From: an uncultured bacterium
Lineage (GTDB): Bacteria; Verrucomicrobiota; Verrucomicrobiia; Limisphaerales; UBA8199
Direction: 5' to 3'
NCBI GenBank assembly: GCA_963749495.1
Contig: CAVVMW010000010.1
Span: 96,001-160,000, forward strand
DNA length: 64,000 nucleotides
The notes under the pieces: generated by a model
Told to the model about the DNA's origin: nothing
Seen by the model: only the letters and a program-made list of their open reading frames with translations
The model's database searches: none
Position numbers and translations under genes: made by a program
Shown: positions 34,235-44,163 of the stretch, piece after piece
Position numbering within the stretch: the stretch's first letter is position 1
How the letters are laid out: every line of letters starts with the position of its first letter

Positions 34235-34520
34235 GTGAGGAATATCCTGATCCCCAAGTTCCGGCTGAGCCAGATGCCAGCGATGCTCGGCTATGCAACG
34301 CTGGGCGCCCTCTTCGCCGGGCTCTACGGCGTCGTCCACGATGAGATTACACACTCCATTTCCCCGGAGTATTTCACCCGGTTGAAATTCCTCCAGTTTC
34401 ATTACGCGGATTTCGGTTTCCCTCCGCGAGTGTTCGTCGCCGAAATCGGTTTCCTCGCGACCTAGTGGGTGGGCTTCATTGCCGGCTGGTTTCTCGCGCG
34501 CGTGGCCCTTTCGTCATTCC
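34235..34520 (+). pseudogene. Membrane protein fragment with in-frame TAG
   Basis: YGVVHDEITHSISPEYFT.LKF.QF..GFLAT*WVGFIAGWFLARVA; TAG 34463-34465 probably from TGG. Confidence 0.55.
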
Positions 34521-34682
34521 CGCCGGCCAAGGCGCGCCTTCACTGCTTCCGGAACTGTGACGGATGAACCACGGTCCAAACCGGTTTCAATCGAGAATCG
34601 CTGGCGCGCAATCCAGCCGTGGTGGCGCTTGTCAGTTAAGCTGCCAGCGCTGGCGCGCTGGGAGGACGTGGCGCCCTGCCGA

Positions 34683-37600
34683 TCATTTATCCAGATCGAT
34701 CGTCCCGAGATCCACCGGCTCACTCGTTTTCGAGTTTCCGCGGTCCGGGACAACGAGCCTCACTTTGTAGATTCCAGCGGTCCGCGGCGGCAGGCCGCGC
34801 TGTTCCGTCGGCACCTCCAGGAGGACTGTCAGATCATATTCGCCGGCCGGAACGTCCTCGGCATGAAGGGTGCCATCGGCATCGAACCACACCGCATAAG
34901 TGCGGGCCTCGCGCCATGCGGCTAAGCCTTCCGGAGACTGCCACCAGGCTATGCGCCTGGCTCCATCCAACTCAGACGCCTTGTCGTAAGCTTCGTCGCT
35001 TGTGAAATCGCTGCGCCTGACCGTCTGCGGCAGGTCGGCCGGTTTCGCCTGGACTCGCTGCAAGTGCCCGTGACTGTGGCTGAAATCGAAGCCGGATTGG
35101 TGTTCGGCCACGAAGATCTTGCCTGTCAAAACCGATCCGTCCCCGCCGAGCTCGACACGGGAGGTCTCGCCCGGGGCGACATGAACCGTCAGGCGGGTCT
35201 CACCCGTCCCTCCTGGGAAACATCGTCCCAGGGCATGCTCGCCCGGCGGGACATCCTCAAAAACGAACCGCCCGTCAGTGTCGGTGGTAGTGGTAAATGC
35301 GTCCGGGCTGAGCAGGACGCTGGAAACCCACGGACCCCAGAATCGCTTGGAGACGGAAACCCAACCCTGCGCGACGGGACCTGTTCGGGAGCGAAGCAAC
35401 CCTTCGATGCGCCCCCATGGCTGAAGCTGCAGCACGGGCTGTCGGTCCAGTTTGTCAATGTCTTGTTCGGCATAGCCCTGGGGATGCACCGCCACGACGA
35501 GCCGCGCCAGGTGATGGCCATACCGCCTAGAGCCCGCCAGCGCCGGATCCTGCCAGGGAACACTGTCGAGGGAGTCAAAGTGGAAGCGGCCATCCTCGCC
35601 GGTCAGGCGGAAGACACACTGATCCCGGTAGAGGAGTTGGCGGCGGCCAAGGATGGGTCCGCGCAGGTGGCTGGAAAGCGCCACCTCGGCATTGGCCGCG
35701 GGCTGGCCGTTCGGAAGCAGGACCACGCCGTTCCAACCGTTCGAGCGCCGCAAGCGAAAGGTGAGCGTGCAGTCGCCGTTTGTCGTCTGGACCGGCTGGC
35801 TCTCGGCTGGATCGTAGCCCTCCGCGCGAATGGCAATTGAGGCTCCCCCGGATGGACCGGAAGCCTTGTCCAGCCGGAGAGTGAACTTGGCGTCCCGGCC
35901 CTCCTTGGAGACGACCGGACTGCCTTGCGGCCTCGCGGACAGCAGAATCTCGAAGGCCTGAATCGGCGCGCCGCTGGCATCCTCATAAACTTCACCATGG
36001 ACGCGGATTCCCATCTCCTCTGCGCTCTCGAGAGTGACGACGTTTTCCTTCCCATCCACCGTGACCCCGGTGGTCGCCAGGCGAAATCCGGGTTTGAATA
36101 TGGACAGGCTCAGCGGGCCATCGGGAGCGCCGTCCCAACTGAACAGGCCGGCGGCATCGGACGTTGTGCGCCACTCGAATTCCGGGCGCTCCGCTTCAGG
36201 CCGGCCGACCGCGATGGCAACGTCCGCCAAAGGGCCGCCGGCGCCGTCCACCACGCGCCCGCGGAGCGCATGGCCTGGAGCGAGCGTCACCAGGGGAACA
36301 GTAGTGGGTCCGCCTACGGCGATGCCGACTGTTTGTGGAGCGTAATGCTCGGCCTGAAAGCAGAGGGCCAGATGTCCAGTCAAGGCATTGAGAATCCGGT
36401 AAGCGCCGTCATTGGCGGTAATGACGCGAGCGTAGTCATCGACCCAGTTGTAGTTCTGGACAACGCGAACTCCTGCAAGCGGCCGCCCGTTTGGGTCCAG
36501 CACCCGGCCGGTGACGAGCAGCCCGCGCTGGAGTTGAACGTGCGCCCGCCCAGTCAGCAGGTCTTCCCTGGCAAGCAGCATCGGCCCGGTGGAGGGGTGG
36601 CGATTGGCATCGCAGACGCAGGTCGCAGGAGGAAACTCCTGGCCGGCAAAGATGATACGGATGTTCTCCCAATCCGGCGGCATACGGTCCCAGGTCCATA
36701 GCCCATCCCGACCGGTGGAGGTGGTTTCAGAGCCGCCGCTGTTGAGCCTGGCCCGTTGGCGGGCAGGAGGACCCGGCTGGAAGACGGCCCCCTGGAGCTT
36801 GACCTGGATGCCCGCCAGGGGGCGGCCCTCCCCGTCGGTGACGATGCCACCGATCCGCGTGCCGGGCGGCATTTTCAACTCGTAGTCGTCCGGGATGTCG
36901 GCGGGTTCGTCTTTTTGGAAATGCGACCAACTCGCCATCATTGTGGCGTAGCCTTCGCGTTCAGCGCGCACGGTGTAGAAGAAATCCCCGGGAGCAGGCG
37001 CTGGACGGGGCACTTCGCAACGACCATCCGCATCGGTCACCGCTTCCCCCAAAGGCTCGCCGCGAAGCTGGATGATACTGGCGGTGACCTTGACGCCAGC
37101 AAGGGGCGCCGCGTTGTTGGCGTCGAGGATGGCTAGCCTGAGGCGGTCCCCGGCCTGAGCCGCGGTCACGGCATTGGTGCGGGGCGCGGCAGGCGCGGGG
37201 CTCAGAGTCGCCCCACTGGCTTCCCTCGGAGTGGCCTGAGCAACATGCCTGCTCGAAAACGCCCGATCGTGGCCGAGCCACATCAAGCCCAAGAGCACCA
37301 CGCCAACCGCCACCGGCAGCGCCACTCGGGAATAAGGTCCAGCCTTCGAAACGAACGCGGCGTCCTGCGAACGGATTCCTGGCTTGGCTACCTGGCTTAG
37401 CACTGAGCCGATGACCGACGCCGGGGGTTGCGCGCCGGCGTTTCGTTCAAGGAGCAACAGCAATGCCGCCGCCGAACAGGTGGCCCCGTGCTGCACGAAA
37501 AACGTCCTCAGCTTCTCCACCGCGCGCCCCACGCGCATCTTCGCGGCGGCCTCGCTGACCCCCAAGCCCTCGCCAACCTCCGCCATTGACATCCCCCGGA

Positions 37601-38012
37601 AGAAGCGACTAAGGATGGCCGCCCGATCCTCCTCGCCCAGGTTCTCCAGGGCTTCGTCTAGTAAAGCCTCGACGCTTTCCCAGGAGGGCGCGCTGCCGGG
37701 ATCATCTGAGTTCATAATGGCCGCCATTTTTTCACGGGCGACCCGCCGCTGGTCGCCTCGGACGTGCATCGCCGCGAGCCGGCGAGTGGTCCCGTAAAGC
37801 CAGGAGGAAAGCTGCCCAGGCTTCCGGATGGACGCAATCTGCCGGGCCAGGGCGCAGAAGACCTCCTGGCAGATTTCCTCGGCCGCGAAGGCATCGCCCA
37901 CATGCCGGCGAGCGGTCCCATACACCAGCCCGGCGTAGCGGCGCACCAGTTCCGCAAAGGCCTCCTGGCTGCCTTGGAGGCGATACTCCCGAATGAGTTG
38001 CTCGTCATTCAT
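34683..38012 (-). CDS. ECF sigma factor fused to TM and carboxypeptidase-regulatory-like repeats
   Basis: MNDEQLIREY..AFAELVRRY..AEEICQEVF..LSSWLY; AAKMRVGRAVEKLR; TM; many GRVxDxxGxPLAGV repeats. Confidence 0.92.
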   Translation of the reverse strand: MNDEQLIREYRLQGSQEAFAELVRRYAGLVYGTARRHVGDAFAAEEICQEVFCALARQIASIRKPGQLSSWLYGTTRRLAAMHVRGDQRRVAREKMAAIMNSDDPGSAPSWESVEALLDEALENLGEEDRAAILSRFFRGMSMAEVGEGLGVSEAAAKMRVGRAVEKLRTFFVQHGATCSAAALLLLLERNAGAQPPASVIGSVLSQVAKPGIRSQDAAFVSKAGPYSRVALPVAVGVVLLGLMWLGHDRAFSSRHVAQATPREASGATLSPAPAAPRTNAVTAAQAGDRLRLAILDANNAAPLAGVKVTASIIQLRGEPLGEAVTDADGRCEVPRPAPAPGDFFYTVRAEREGYATMMASWSHFQKDEPADIPDDYELKMPPGTRIGGIVTDGEGRPLAGIQVKLQGAVFQPGPPARQRARLNSGGSETTSTGRDGLWTWDRMPPDWENIRIIFAGQEFPPATCVCDANRHPSTGPMLLAREDLLTGRAHVQLQRGLLVTGRVLDPNGRPLAGVRVVQNYNWVDDYARVITANDGAYRILNALTGHLALCFQAEHYAPQTVGIAVGGPTTVPLVTLAPGHALRGRVVDGAGGPLADVAIAVGRPEAERPEFEWRTTSDAAGLFSWDGAPDGPLSLSIFKPGFRLATTGVTVDGKENVVTLESAEEMGIRVHGEVYEDASGAPIQAFEILLSARPQGSPVVSKEGRDAKFTLRLDKASGPSGGASIAIRAEGYDPAESQPVQTTNGDCTLTFRLRRSNGWNGVVLLPNGQPAANAEVALSSHLRGPILGRRQLLYRDQCVFRLTGEDGRFHFDSLDSVPWQDPALAGSRRYGHHLARLVVAVHPQGYAEQDIDKLDRQPVLQLQPWGRIEGLLRSRTGPVAQGWVSVSKRFWGPWVSSVLLSPDAFTTTTDTDGRFVFEDVPPGEHALGRCFPGGTGETRLTVHVAPGETSRVELGGDGSVLTGKIFVAEHQSGFDFSHSHGHLQRVQAKPADLPQTVRRSDFTSDEAYDKASELDGARRIAWWQSPEGLAAWREARTYAVWFDADGTLHAEDVPAGEYDLTVLLEVPTEQRGLPPRTAGIYKVRLVVPDRGNSKTSEPVDLGTIDLDK

Positions 38013-38098
38013 CTTCGCCCATAGAGTTGCCGAAGCGCGCAAAAGGTAACAGCGGATCTTTCGCCTCAAATGCCCGCAGGCGCCAGACTGAGCGCCAT

Positions 38099-39658
38099 CT
38101 ACCATGAATCTTCAACCCTCCGCGGTTTGGGCACCTGCCGGCCTTCGATCCTGGCCAATGCCACGTCTGCCTGGATCCTGAGCAGATCGGCGAGTGTCCC
38201 TTTTTCTTGCCTGTTCCTGAACTGGCGCAGAACGGGGATGGCGGCCTTCGCGGCCTGGCCGGCGTCTCTCAGTAAAGGGATCGCGTGACCAATGTCTTCA
38301 GGGCGCCCGGTCCTGATTATCTCGATGAGGGCGTCAATGGCGGCGCCATTTCCCGGGTCGTCCTGGAGGAGCGCGCGGGCGGCGATGATGCGACATGGTG
38401 GGTCCTGGCCCTGCAGCACCTTCAGCAGCGCCCGATCCAAAGCTTGCTTTTCCACGCCGAGACTCTGGAGGGCTCCGGTTATGCTCAGGAAATCCGATTC
38501 CCCGAGGTCCTTGCGATCAAGCATGTCCAGGAGGATTGGCATGGCGGGTTTGGCATTTGGGCCGATCCTCCTCAGGCTGTCAGCAAATTGACCGAGATCA
38601 CAGGGGCGTCCTCCTTTCCGCAACTCCTCCCCGAGCGCGAGCGTCGCGGGCAACTCCTGCGCGTCGATCCGGCAAATCACCTCCGCCAGGAGCAACCGCT
38701 GCCAACCCGCCAAACCCGCAGGTTGCCCCCGCACGGAGGGAGTCCCTCCAGCCTGCTCGGCCCGTCGAACCAGTTGCGCAAGCTGTTCCTTGAGCAGGGG
38801 CAGCGCCGGCGCAGCATTCGTGCGCATCGCGCCCAAGACCTGCCCGCACAACCAGAGCAGACTTTGGCCCCAGGGCGTTGGCGCGAACGATTCCGCCTGG
38901 AACGACTTCGCCTGGAGCCACATGAGGTCCGGGAGCAGTCCCCTGAGCGCAGGTCCAAAGCGAGTGATGCTCACCAGGGCAAGTTCCTGCTCGCCTAGGT
39001 TCGTGCTGCGCAGGCTCCGGGCCAGCCACGGGGTGGCGCCCTCCACGGCTCGGGCTTCGACTCCATCGAGGTCCTGCGTTGGACCTATCCCGAATGCTGG
39101 CCCGGGGAAGAAGAACTGTGTTACAAACACTTCGTCGTGGCCCAGCAACAGACGCAACGCAGTGAGGCGCTGGGATAGGTTCGTTCCAGCCAGGTAATTC
39201 GTAATCGAGGGGAGCAGCTCGGCCGGCGCCAGCTTGAGAGCCATCACCCTCTGTTCCCCGGTGGCCCGAACCACGGAAACAGGCACAAAAGGTCGTCCGC
39301 GAAATGGTTTTGGCAGCTTACCCAGCACGGCGTGGAGATCGGTCTGGAACCATGTGTCCTGGTGCGTTGAGAAGCAAACGCCCAGCAGGTAAGGGAGCGC
39401 ATTGGTGCCCAGCGCGTCAAGGGCTTTGGCGGCTTGGTCCCCGAGAAGCGCCCTCTCCCGAGCAGCGCCTTCTCCCGTTTGGACCCACCAGGGGGCGAAA
39501 GGCTCGGATCTGTAATACTGCTGGAACCAACTGCTGACCCTTCGGCCCTGATACGTCGGCTCGCGCGCTCCGCGGCTGAACTGCCAGACCAGCACCCCGG
39601 CCACAATCAGAACGAGGGCCGCTACTAAGCAGGCTCGCTTTTGTTTGACTGGCCTCAT
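38099..39658 (-). CDS. Membrane-anchored HEAT-repeat protein
   Basis: N-terminal TM, EPTYQGR.VS.W, LGTNALPYL, repeated IGPNAKPAMP.L / AKAAIPVL. Confidence 0.8.
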   Translation of the reverse strand: MRPVKQKRACLVAALVLIVAGVLVWQFSRGAREPTYQGRRVSSWFQQYYRSEPFAPWWVQTGEGAARERALLGDQAAKALDALGTNALPYLLGVCFSTHQDTWFQTDLHAVLGKLPKPFRGRPFVPVSVVRATGEQRVMALKLAPAELLPSITNYLAGTNLSQRLTALRLLLGHDEVFVTQFFFPGPAFGIGPTQDLDGVEARAVEGATPWLARSLRSTNLGEQELALVSITRFGPALRGLLPDLMWLQAKSFQAESFAPTPWGQSLLWLCGQVLGAMRTNAAPALPLLKEQLAQLVRRAEQAGGTPSVRGQPAGLAGWQRLLLAEVICRIDAQELPATLALGEELRKGGRPCDLGQFADSLRRIGPNAKPAMPILLDMLDRKDLGESDFLSITGALQSLGVEKQALDRALLKVLQGQDPPCRIIAARALLQDDPGNGAAIDALIEIIRTGRPEDIGHAIPLLRDAGQAAKAAIPVLRQFRNRQEKGTLADLLRIQADVALARIEGRQVPKPRRVEDSW

Positions 39659-39706
39659 GTTCGGTTGGACAAGAGCCACCACTGGAAATTCAGTTATCGG
39701 CGGCCG

Positions 39707-40498
39707 TTAGAATCTGATTCTGCCCCAACCGCCTGTGGCCCCAACGACCAATCGGCCGTCGAACGCCTTGTCCACCGGGCCTTTCTGCGTCACGACCCAA
39801 TCCCCGCCCCAGTGGGCGTCCGGAACCTTCTCATGCGGCACTATTTCATAACGTTGCAGGATGGCCTCATCCTCGGGCGATTGAACGAACGGTTGCAACT
39901 GACCCAGGCTCGAAGGGAACTGGCCATTATTGGCCTCCACATACCTCTTCAGCGCGGGTTGGAGCAGCGAATGAACAAAGTGGGTTTCTCCCGCAGTACG
40001 CAGGCGGCTCATCGCCCGGCGATAATCCACCTCGGTTTTGAGTTCGTCCGGGACCGCACTAAGCCAGTCCTTCTCCGTAAGGAATTTGAACTCCGCAATC
40101 CCGGCCTGCGGGTTCTGCTCCAGGTGCTGCCTGAGTTGCTCCACACGCGCATGCCAGGCCCTGGCCGCGGATTCCGTGAGGTCGTTCGTGTCGGCAATTA
40201 GTGAATGAGTCAATTGATGGTTCTCAGCGCGCAACCTGGAAACCTCACCGCGCAGTTTGGGAAGCTCGGCCAATTCGCGCTGCAGCCGCTCGTTCTCCTG
40301 CTGCGCGGCGGCAAGGCGGTTTGTTGCGTCATCGCGCTCCAGGCCCAATTGACGGGCCTGCTCGGCCAGAGGCGTTTGCTGCTCTTGCTGCGCTAGAAGT
40401 TGGTCTTGCAGGTGAGCAGCCCGGCAGCCCTCGAAAATCGCCGTTCCTGCGGCTGCGGCGATGGTTGCGGCAATCATGGCCTTCTGCAGCGTCTTCAT
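39707..40498 (-). CDS. Orphan C-terminal half of an ECF-fusion protein (sigma domain absent)
   Basis: Colinear with residues of 57421..59070 from MTTMQKTLIAAT onward (ERDxATNRLA, ELxKLRxEV, FLT..DWL, NGQFP); in-frame TAA 9 codons upstream. Confidence 0.7.
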   Translation of the reverse strand: MKTLQKAMIAATIAAAAGTAIFEGCRAAHLQDQLLAQQEQQTPLAEQARQLGLERDDATNRLAAAQQENERLQRELAELPKLRGEVSRLRAENHQLTHSLIADTNDLTESAARAWHARVEQLRQHLEQNPQAGIAEFKFLTEKDWLSAVPDELKTEVDYRRAMSRLRTAGETHFVHSLLQPALKRYVEANNGQFPSSLGQLQPFVQSPEDEAILQRYEIVPHEKVPDAHWGGDWVVTQKGPVDKAFDGRLVVGATGGWGRIRF

Positions 40499-40789
40499 GG
40501 TTATGGACTTGGTTACTCCAGTTTAGGTGATGGCCGCACCTTGCCAAGACTTTTCTCGCCTGATTTACGAGGCAGGGCCTCCCACGGCGCTGTTTCGATC
40601 GGGATGGATTGAGATTGGAATCGCCAAGCGCCCAGCTTATGACCGCGTTGAGACGACCCCAATCAGGTGGCTGCCCCGTGGGGATGGTTTGTTCCAGATC
40701 CTGAGCTGGGTTTGCCTTCCGGCAGCCATCCGGTTGATTTTTTTCTGTCGGATTTCGTCTCTGGCGGCTTCTATAGATGTGACAGGCGT

Positions 40790-42655
40790 ATGCTGGAAGA
40801 CGACCAACAGTTGTTGCGGAGCTATGCGAGCCACGGCTCGGAGCAGGCCTTCGGCGAGTTGGTCGCGCGGCACATCAATATGGTCTATTCGGTCGCCCTG
40901 CGCCTGGTGCGAGGCGACGTTCATCTGGCCCAGGACATCGCCCAAACCGTCTTCATGGATTTATCCCTAAAAGCAAAATCGCTCGCGCGTGGCGTGGTCC
41001 TAGCAGCCTGGCTTTGCCGGCACACATTCTTCGTCGGCTCCGCCAAAGTGCGCACCGAGCAGCGGCGTCGCCAGCGCGAACGCCAGGCGGTTCAAATGAA
41101 CACGACCAACGAGTCCACCGAACCCGACTGGGAGCAACTGACTCCCATCCTGGACGCGGCCTTGCAGGAGCTCGGGAGCAAGGACCGCAACGCCATCGTC
41201 CTGCGCTATTTCAAGCGGCAGAGCCTGGAATCGGTCGGGGTGGCCCTGGGAATCAACCCGGATGCCGCTCAGAAGCGGGTGTCGAGGGCGCTCGAGAGAC
41301 TGCGCTCCAACTTTTCGAGGCGTGGCGTGACACTGAGTTCGGTGGCCCTGGCGGCGGCCATTGCCACCCATGCGACTGCCGCAGCGCCGGCTGGCCTCGC
41401 GGCAGCCGTCTCGGCCTCGGTGGCCGCCGGCGCAGGGACGGCCGGCGGTGGCGCGCTGGCTTGGGCGGAGCTTTTGGCGGGGCTAAAGACCAAGGCCGGG
41501 GTCGCGTGCACGGCAGCGGCGCTCCTGGTAGGTGTCACCGCTGCCCACCTGCTTCGAACCAGCCCGGTGAAGCCGCAGACTCTCGGGAACAGCGAGCCAG
41601 GCCGCCCCAGGGCGGGTGCGGCCACGGCCACGAATGGTCGAAACAGGACCCCCGGTTTCCATTGGAGCCAGGTCGAATCCAGCGACTACCGGCAATACAT
41701 CGCCAACCTGCGAGCCGTCGGCTGTCCAGAGCCGACCATCCGCGACATCATCATCGCCGACCTCAACCAGGCATATGCCTTGAAGGCGCAGGCGATTTGG
41801 AAGCCGCCAGCGAGGGTTTATTGGAAAAAGCCGCGAGATACCCGGCCTGACGCGGAGCAACTCAAAGCGCTCGCCGCGCTCCGCCGCGAGGAGGCCGCGA
41901 CCATAAAGGAACTGCTTGGGATTTCAGTCTTCGCTCAGGATTATGTGGATCTGGCCGCATTCCAGCTCACCGCCTCGAGCTCCGAGTTCCTCTTCCTGCC
42001 GCCGGAGAAGCGGGAGGCCGCCCGGCGGGTGCTCGCGGAGAACGGCTTCGAGGAAAAGGTGGCGCAGACCGGCAACCCGTATTCGGACCAACGAGAGCTT
42101 TTCGGCGAGAAACTCAAGCTGCTGGCCCAGGTGCTGACGCCGGCAGAGTTGGAAGAATACCGGGTGCGGAACTCGGCCAGGGCCCAGTGGTTGCGCAATG
42201 AGACGCAATACTTCGACTGCACGCCGCAGGAGTTCAAGGCGCTGCTCGACATGCGGGAGGAGCAATTGGCAGCGCAGCCCGATCACTTGGCGGTGGATCG
42301 GCAGACGGCCATCGAGAACGTGCGCCTGCTCCTCGGGGACCAACGGGCCAGAGAATTCGAGCGGGTCAGTGACTACGGCTATTCGAATGGGCGGCGGGCC
42401 GCGGAACGGGCCGGCCTGGAGGGCACTCTGGCGGACCAGGCCGGCCAGATAGTCTATGAAGCGCGGCTCGCGGTCGAGCAAGTGGTCAACGATACCAGCC
42501 TCTCCATGGAGGAACGGCGACACCAGGCCCAGGCCCTACGGGGGCAGGCGGAAGCGCGTCTGAATGAGGTTTTCGGCGGCGAAGCCGGCATTGCCGTTCG
42601 CCAGGCTCTCCGGCTTACGCTCGCCAACTCCGCGCAGCCCCATCCGCGACCATGA
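40790..42655 (+). CDS. ECF sigma factor fused to TM and YIANLRAVGCPE-motif helical domain
   Basis: DDQQLLRSY..AFGELVARH..AQDIAQTVF; AAQKRVSRALERLR; WSQVES.DY.QYIANLRAVGCPE.TIRD. Confidence 0.92.
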   Translation: MLEDDQQLLRSYASHGSEQAFGELVARHINMVYSVALRLVRGDVHLAQDIAQTVFMDLSLKAKSLARGVVLAAWLCRHTFFVGSAKVRTEQRRRQRERQAVQMNTTNESTEPDWEQLTPILDAALQELGSKDRNAIVLRYFKRQSLESVGVALGINPDAAQKRVSRALERLRSNFSRRGVTLSSVALAAAIATHATAAAPAGLAAAVSASVAAGAGTAGGGALAWAELLAGLKTKAGVACTAAALLVGVTAAHLLRTSPVKPQTLGNSEPGRPRAGAATATNGRNRTPGFHWSQVESSDYRQYIANLRAVGCPEPTIRDIIIADLNQAYALKAQAIWKPPARVYWKKPRDTRPDAEQLKALAALRREEAATIKELLGISVFAQDYVDLAAFQLTASSSEFLFLPPEKREAARRVLAENGFEEKVAQTGNPYSDQRELFGEKLKLLAQVLTPAELEEYRVRNSARAQWLRNETQYFDCTPQEFKALLDMREEQLAAQPDHLAVDRQTAIENVRLLLGDQRAREFERVSDYGYSNGRRAAERAGLEGTLADQAGQIVYEARLAVEQVVNDTSLSMEERRHQAQALRGQAEARLNEVFGGEAGIAVRQALRLTLANSAQPHPRP

Positions 42656-43696
42656 AGCGACTGCTCTACCTTGCGTTGATTGCCAGCGCGACACTGACCT
42701 TTTGGGCATGGCGGCTCGGGCGCCAGTCGTCCATCCCGGTGATGGGTGTGCCGGCCAAGGCGGATCCTGCGCCGGCTGCAACAGAGCGCACTCACCGGCG
42801 CGCGTTCCACTCCGCTCAATGCGGCCAACGGATCCGCTTCCGCCGCCACAGCATGGGCTTCGATCGATTCCGCCGACCCGGCACGGCTCATCGCCAATCT
42901 GCGCGCGGTAGGCTGCCCGGAACAGACCATCCGCGACCTGGTTACGTTCAGGGTTTGCCGGAACTACCACGATCGTCTGCTCGAAGCCGAGAGGCAGAGG
43001 ATACTTTCCGGAGACTACACCCGGGACCGGAGCGCCTCCGCCAACCTCCTGCGGGATCAAAGGTTCGGGTTGCGGAACGCCCGGGACCGGGAGTTGGAGG
43101 CGCTGTTTGGTGTGACCTCGGCAAAGCTGACGGAGAGCGTCTTCTTCGGCCTCGGCGGGTCCAGGGATCAGGATGATCCTCTGCCCCTGGCCAAGCGGGC
43201 GCAGGTGTGCGACATCGAGGAGCGTTACCGGCAGTTGATCGAAGAGGCGCAGCATGGGCTTTCCTTTAATGAGTCGGATGCCGCGGTTGACGCTGCCATT
43301 AAGGAGTTGAACCGGCAGAAAGAGGCGGAGTTGGCAAGCACGCTCTCGCCGCAGGAGTTGGACGCGTTGCGCCTGCACGAGTCGCCCGCGGCGCGATATG
43401 TCCTGAAATACCTGCCCGAGGCGCAGTCCGAGGCGGAGTTCCGGTTGATGGTCCAGGCGGTCGAGCAGGTCGGCATCGAAGCCCCGAAAATGCGCCCTGA
43501 GCGGCTGATCCGCACATTCTCGACGGGCTTGCTCCCACTGGACACCGGGGACGAGGATCGGCAGCAAGCAGAGAAGGAGGCCGAACTGAGGGCTCGGCTC
43601 AGGCAACTGCTGGGCGAGCAACGGATGGCGGAGTTGGAAGGCGAGATGCAGGCCCAGCCGGCGGAAAATCCGTTCAACATTCAGATCTTCAAGTGA
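42652..43696 (+). CDS. Secreted protein paralogous to the C-terminal domain of the upstream sigma fusion (frameshift near 42770)
   Basis: Signal peptide in ORF 42652; WASIDSAD..LIANLRAVGCPEQTIRD and LSPQEL..RL..SP.AR in ORF 42746; ATGA overlap. Confidence 0.75.
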
Positions 43697-44163
43697 CCTG
43701 CCGTCTGGGCCAAATTGGCGCCCCCGGGTCGCCATCCTCGGTTCCAGTGAAGCCGATGGCTTTGGACTGCCTCTCCGCCAAGGCACCCGCCACGCGTGAA
43801 GCTGCCGCAGGCTCTTTTGGACTAACGGCATTGGTGCGATTCTCACCAGGAACCTGAGTAGCCCCCTTCCGCTCTTCTCCGGAATCCGATGGTTCTGTGG
43901 CTCCCCAAAATGCTGCCGCCAAGCCCACAGCGAAGAAAGGAAAGAGGTGTTTCATACAATAGGTCCCTCGCCAACTCATTCACCGACCATTCCTCCGCAT
44001 GTTGACCCGAAGCGTTCGAAAAGCAAGAACTCTTCGCGCGCGCGTTCCAGCTCCCGGTTCAGGTAATGCCCCTCCCTCCGCGTTTGACGGCCCAGGGCAC
44101 GATCAGCATGCCCGACCAGCAGTGGCGATCGAGAGGTAAATGCCGTCCCCGGACAACCGTAAA

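Noticed and set aside
34463..34465. Pyrrolysine at the in-frame TAG
   Set aside because: Context FLAT*WVG fits a TGG-to-TAG change in a decayed fragment; no pyl genes seen.
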